Notes under the pieces: model-generated
What the model was told of the DNA's origin: nothing
Seen by the model: the letters and a program-made list of their open reading frames with translations, nothing else
Databases searched by the model: none
Assembly: GCF_018977255.1 (NCBI RefSeq)
Contig: NW_024704742.1
Location: 7,008,001-7,072,000, forward strand
Length of the DNA: 64,000 nucleotides
Direction of reading: 5' to 3'
Source of the DNA: Callorhinchus milii
Lineage: Eukaryota
Part shown: positions 63,195-64,000 of the stretch, piece after piece
Layout of the letters: each line of letters begins with the position of its first letter
Position numbering within the stretch: the stretch's first letter is position 1
Translations under genes and position numbers: made by a program

Positions 63195-63555
63195 AGCCTG
63201 GCTCAGTTGGTAGCACTCTCGCCTCAGAAGTCAGAAGGTCCCGTGCCGGGACTTTGAACTCACATAGTCCAGGCTGATACGTGCTGGCGCGCTGCATTGT
63301 GAGAGACGCAGACCTTTGGATGAAACGTCAAACCAAGGTTCCATCAGTATGTTCAAGTGCATGTTAAAGATCCCATGGCACTACTTGAAAAAAGAAATTA
63401 TTTTTTTCAGCTGTCCTGTTCAACAAGCCCCCAAATAAAATTGCTCATTCACTTCATGGCTGTTTGTGGTCTTTACTATGAGTATATGCTGTGAAGCACT
63501 TTGAGATGTCCACATGACATAAGAGGTACTATACCATTGCAAGGATTATTACTAA
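63195..63555 (+). mobile_element. LF-SINE-like element, near full length
   Basis: GGCTCAGTTGGTAGCACTCTCGCCTC head, GATCCCATGGCACTA core and shared L2-like tail. Confidence 0.7.
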
Positions 63556-64000
63556 TATTATTATTAATAATAATATAATAAAGCTGGGCAAGAATAAGCT
63601 CAGTCAATTCAGCCTTTCCCTCCTAAAGTTCCAAACTACTTCCTACCTCCTACACGTTGGCTAACTGTGTCTCACCTTTTTTCAATTGTCAAATTGATAC
63701 CTAATTAAAAGCTGAAACAAAAGTTGAGGAATGCTCAACATGGAAACACCCACACAGCACAAGAGGCAGTAAGTAATAAGGCACAAACTCAATTCATATA
63801 GTTAGTTAATAGAAGGTACATAGATTTATCATTATATAAACACATTTATATTCAAGCTGTTATTAGGTATCAAATCCTGGTTTGCTCTTTAGTTGTAATG
63901 AAAACTATTAGACTATTAGTTGTAATGAAATCATTATTGACCTAATATAGCTGTGTAGGAACAGGAGAAGGCCATTCAGTCTTTCAAGCCTTTATATGGA

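Overview
Vertebrate genomic DNA, most likely from a cartilaginous fish (chimaera/shark-type repeat landscape; inferred, not proven). The only protein-coding gene is the 5' part of FAT4 (atypical cadherin Fat 4) on the minus strand. It has two large coding exons: 33808-31400 (signal peptide to mid cadherin repeat 7, extremely GC-rich) and 22037-19149 (rest of repeat 7 to most of repeat 16, ordinary GC). As I recall, human FAT4 encodes this stretch in one ~5.2 kb exon. Here it is split by a 9.36 kb phase-0 intron flanked by a duplicated CAGGT, and the two halves differ sharply in base and amino-acid composition. The 5'/promoter region (~30.2-38.4 kb) has no recognisable SINE/LINE but is packed with micro- and minisatellites. 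These include a G-tract array carrying ~34 GGTGAGT (5' splice site/U1-like) motifs followed by AATAAA on the antisense strand. The rest of the window is intron or upstream DNA dense in tRNA-Ala-derived SINEs (two subfamilies), LF-SINE-like and Deu-SINE-like relics, L2 and CR1 LINE fragments, a palindromic MITE-like family and an unclassified repeat. Several nested insertions preserve mechanistic scars (target-site duplications, a fold-back junction). No prokaryotic-type systems, CRISPR arrays or bona fide RNA genes were found.
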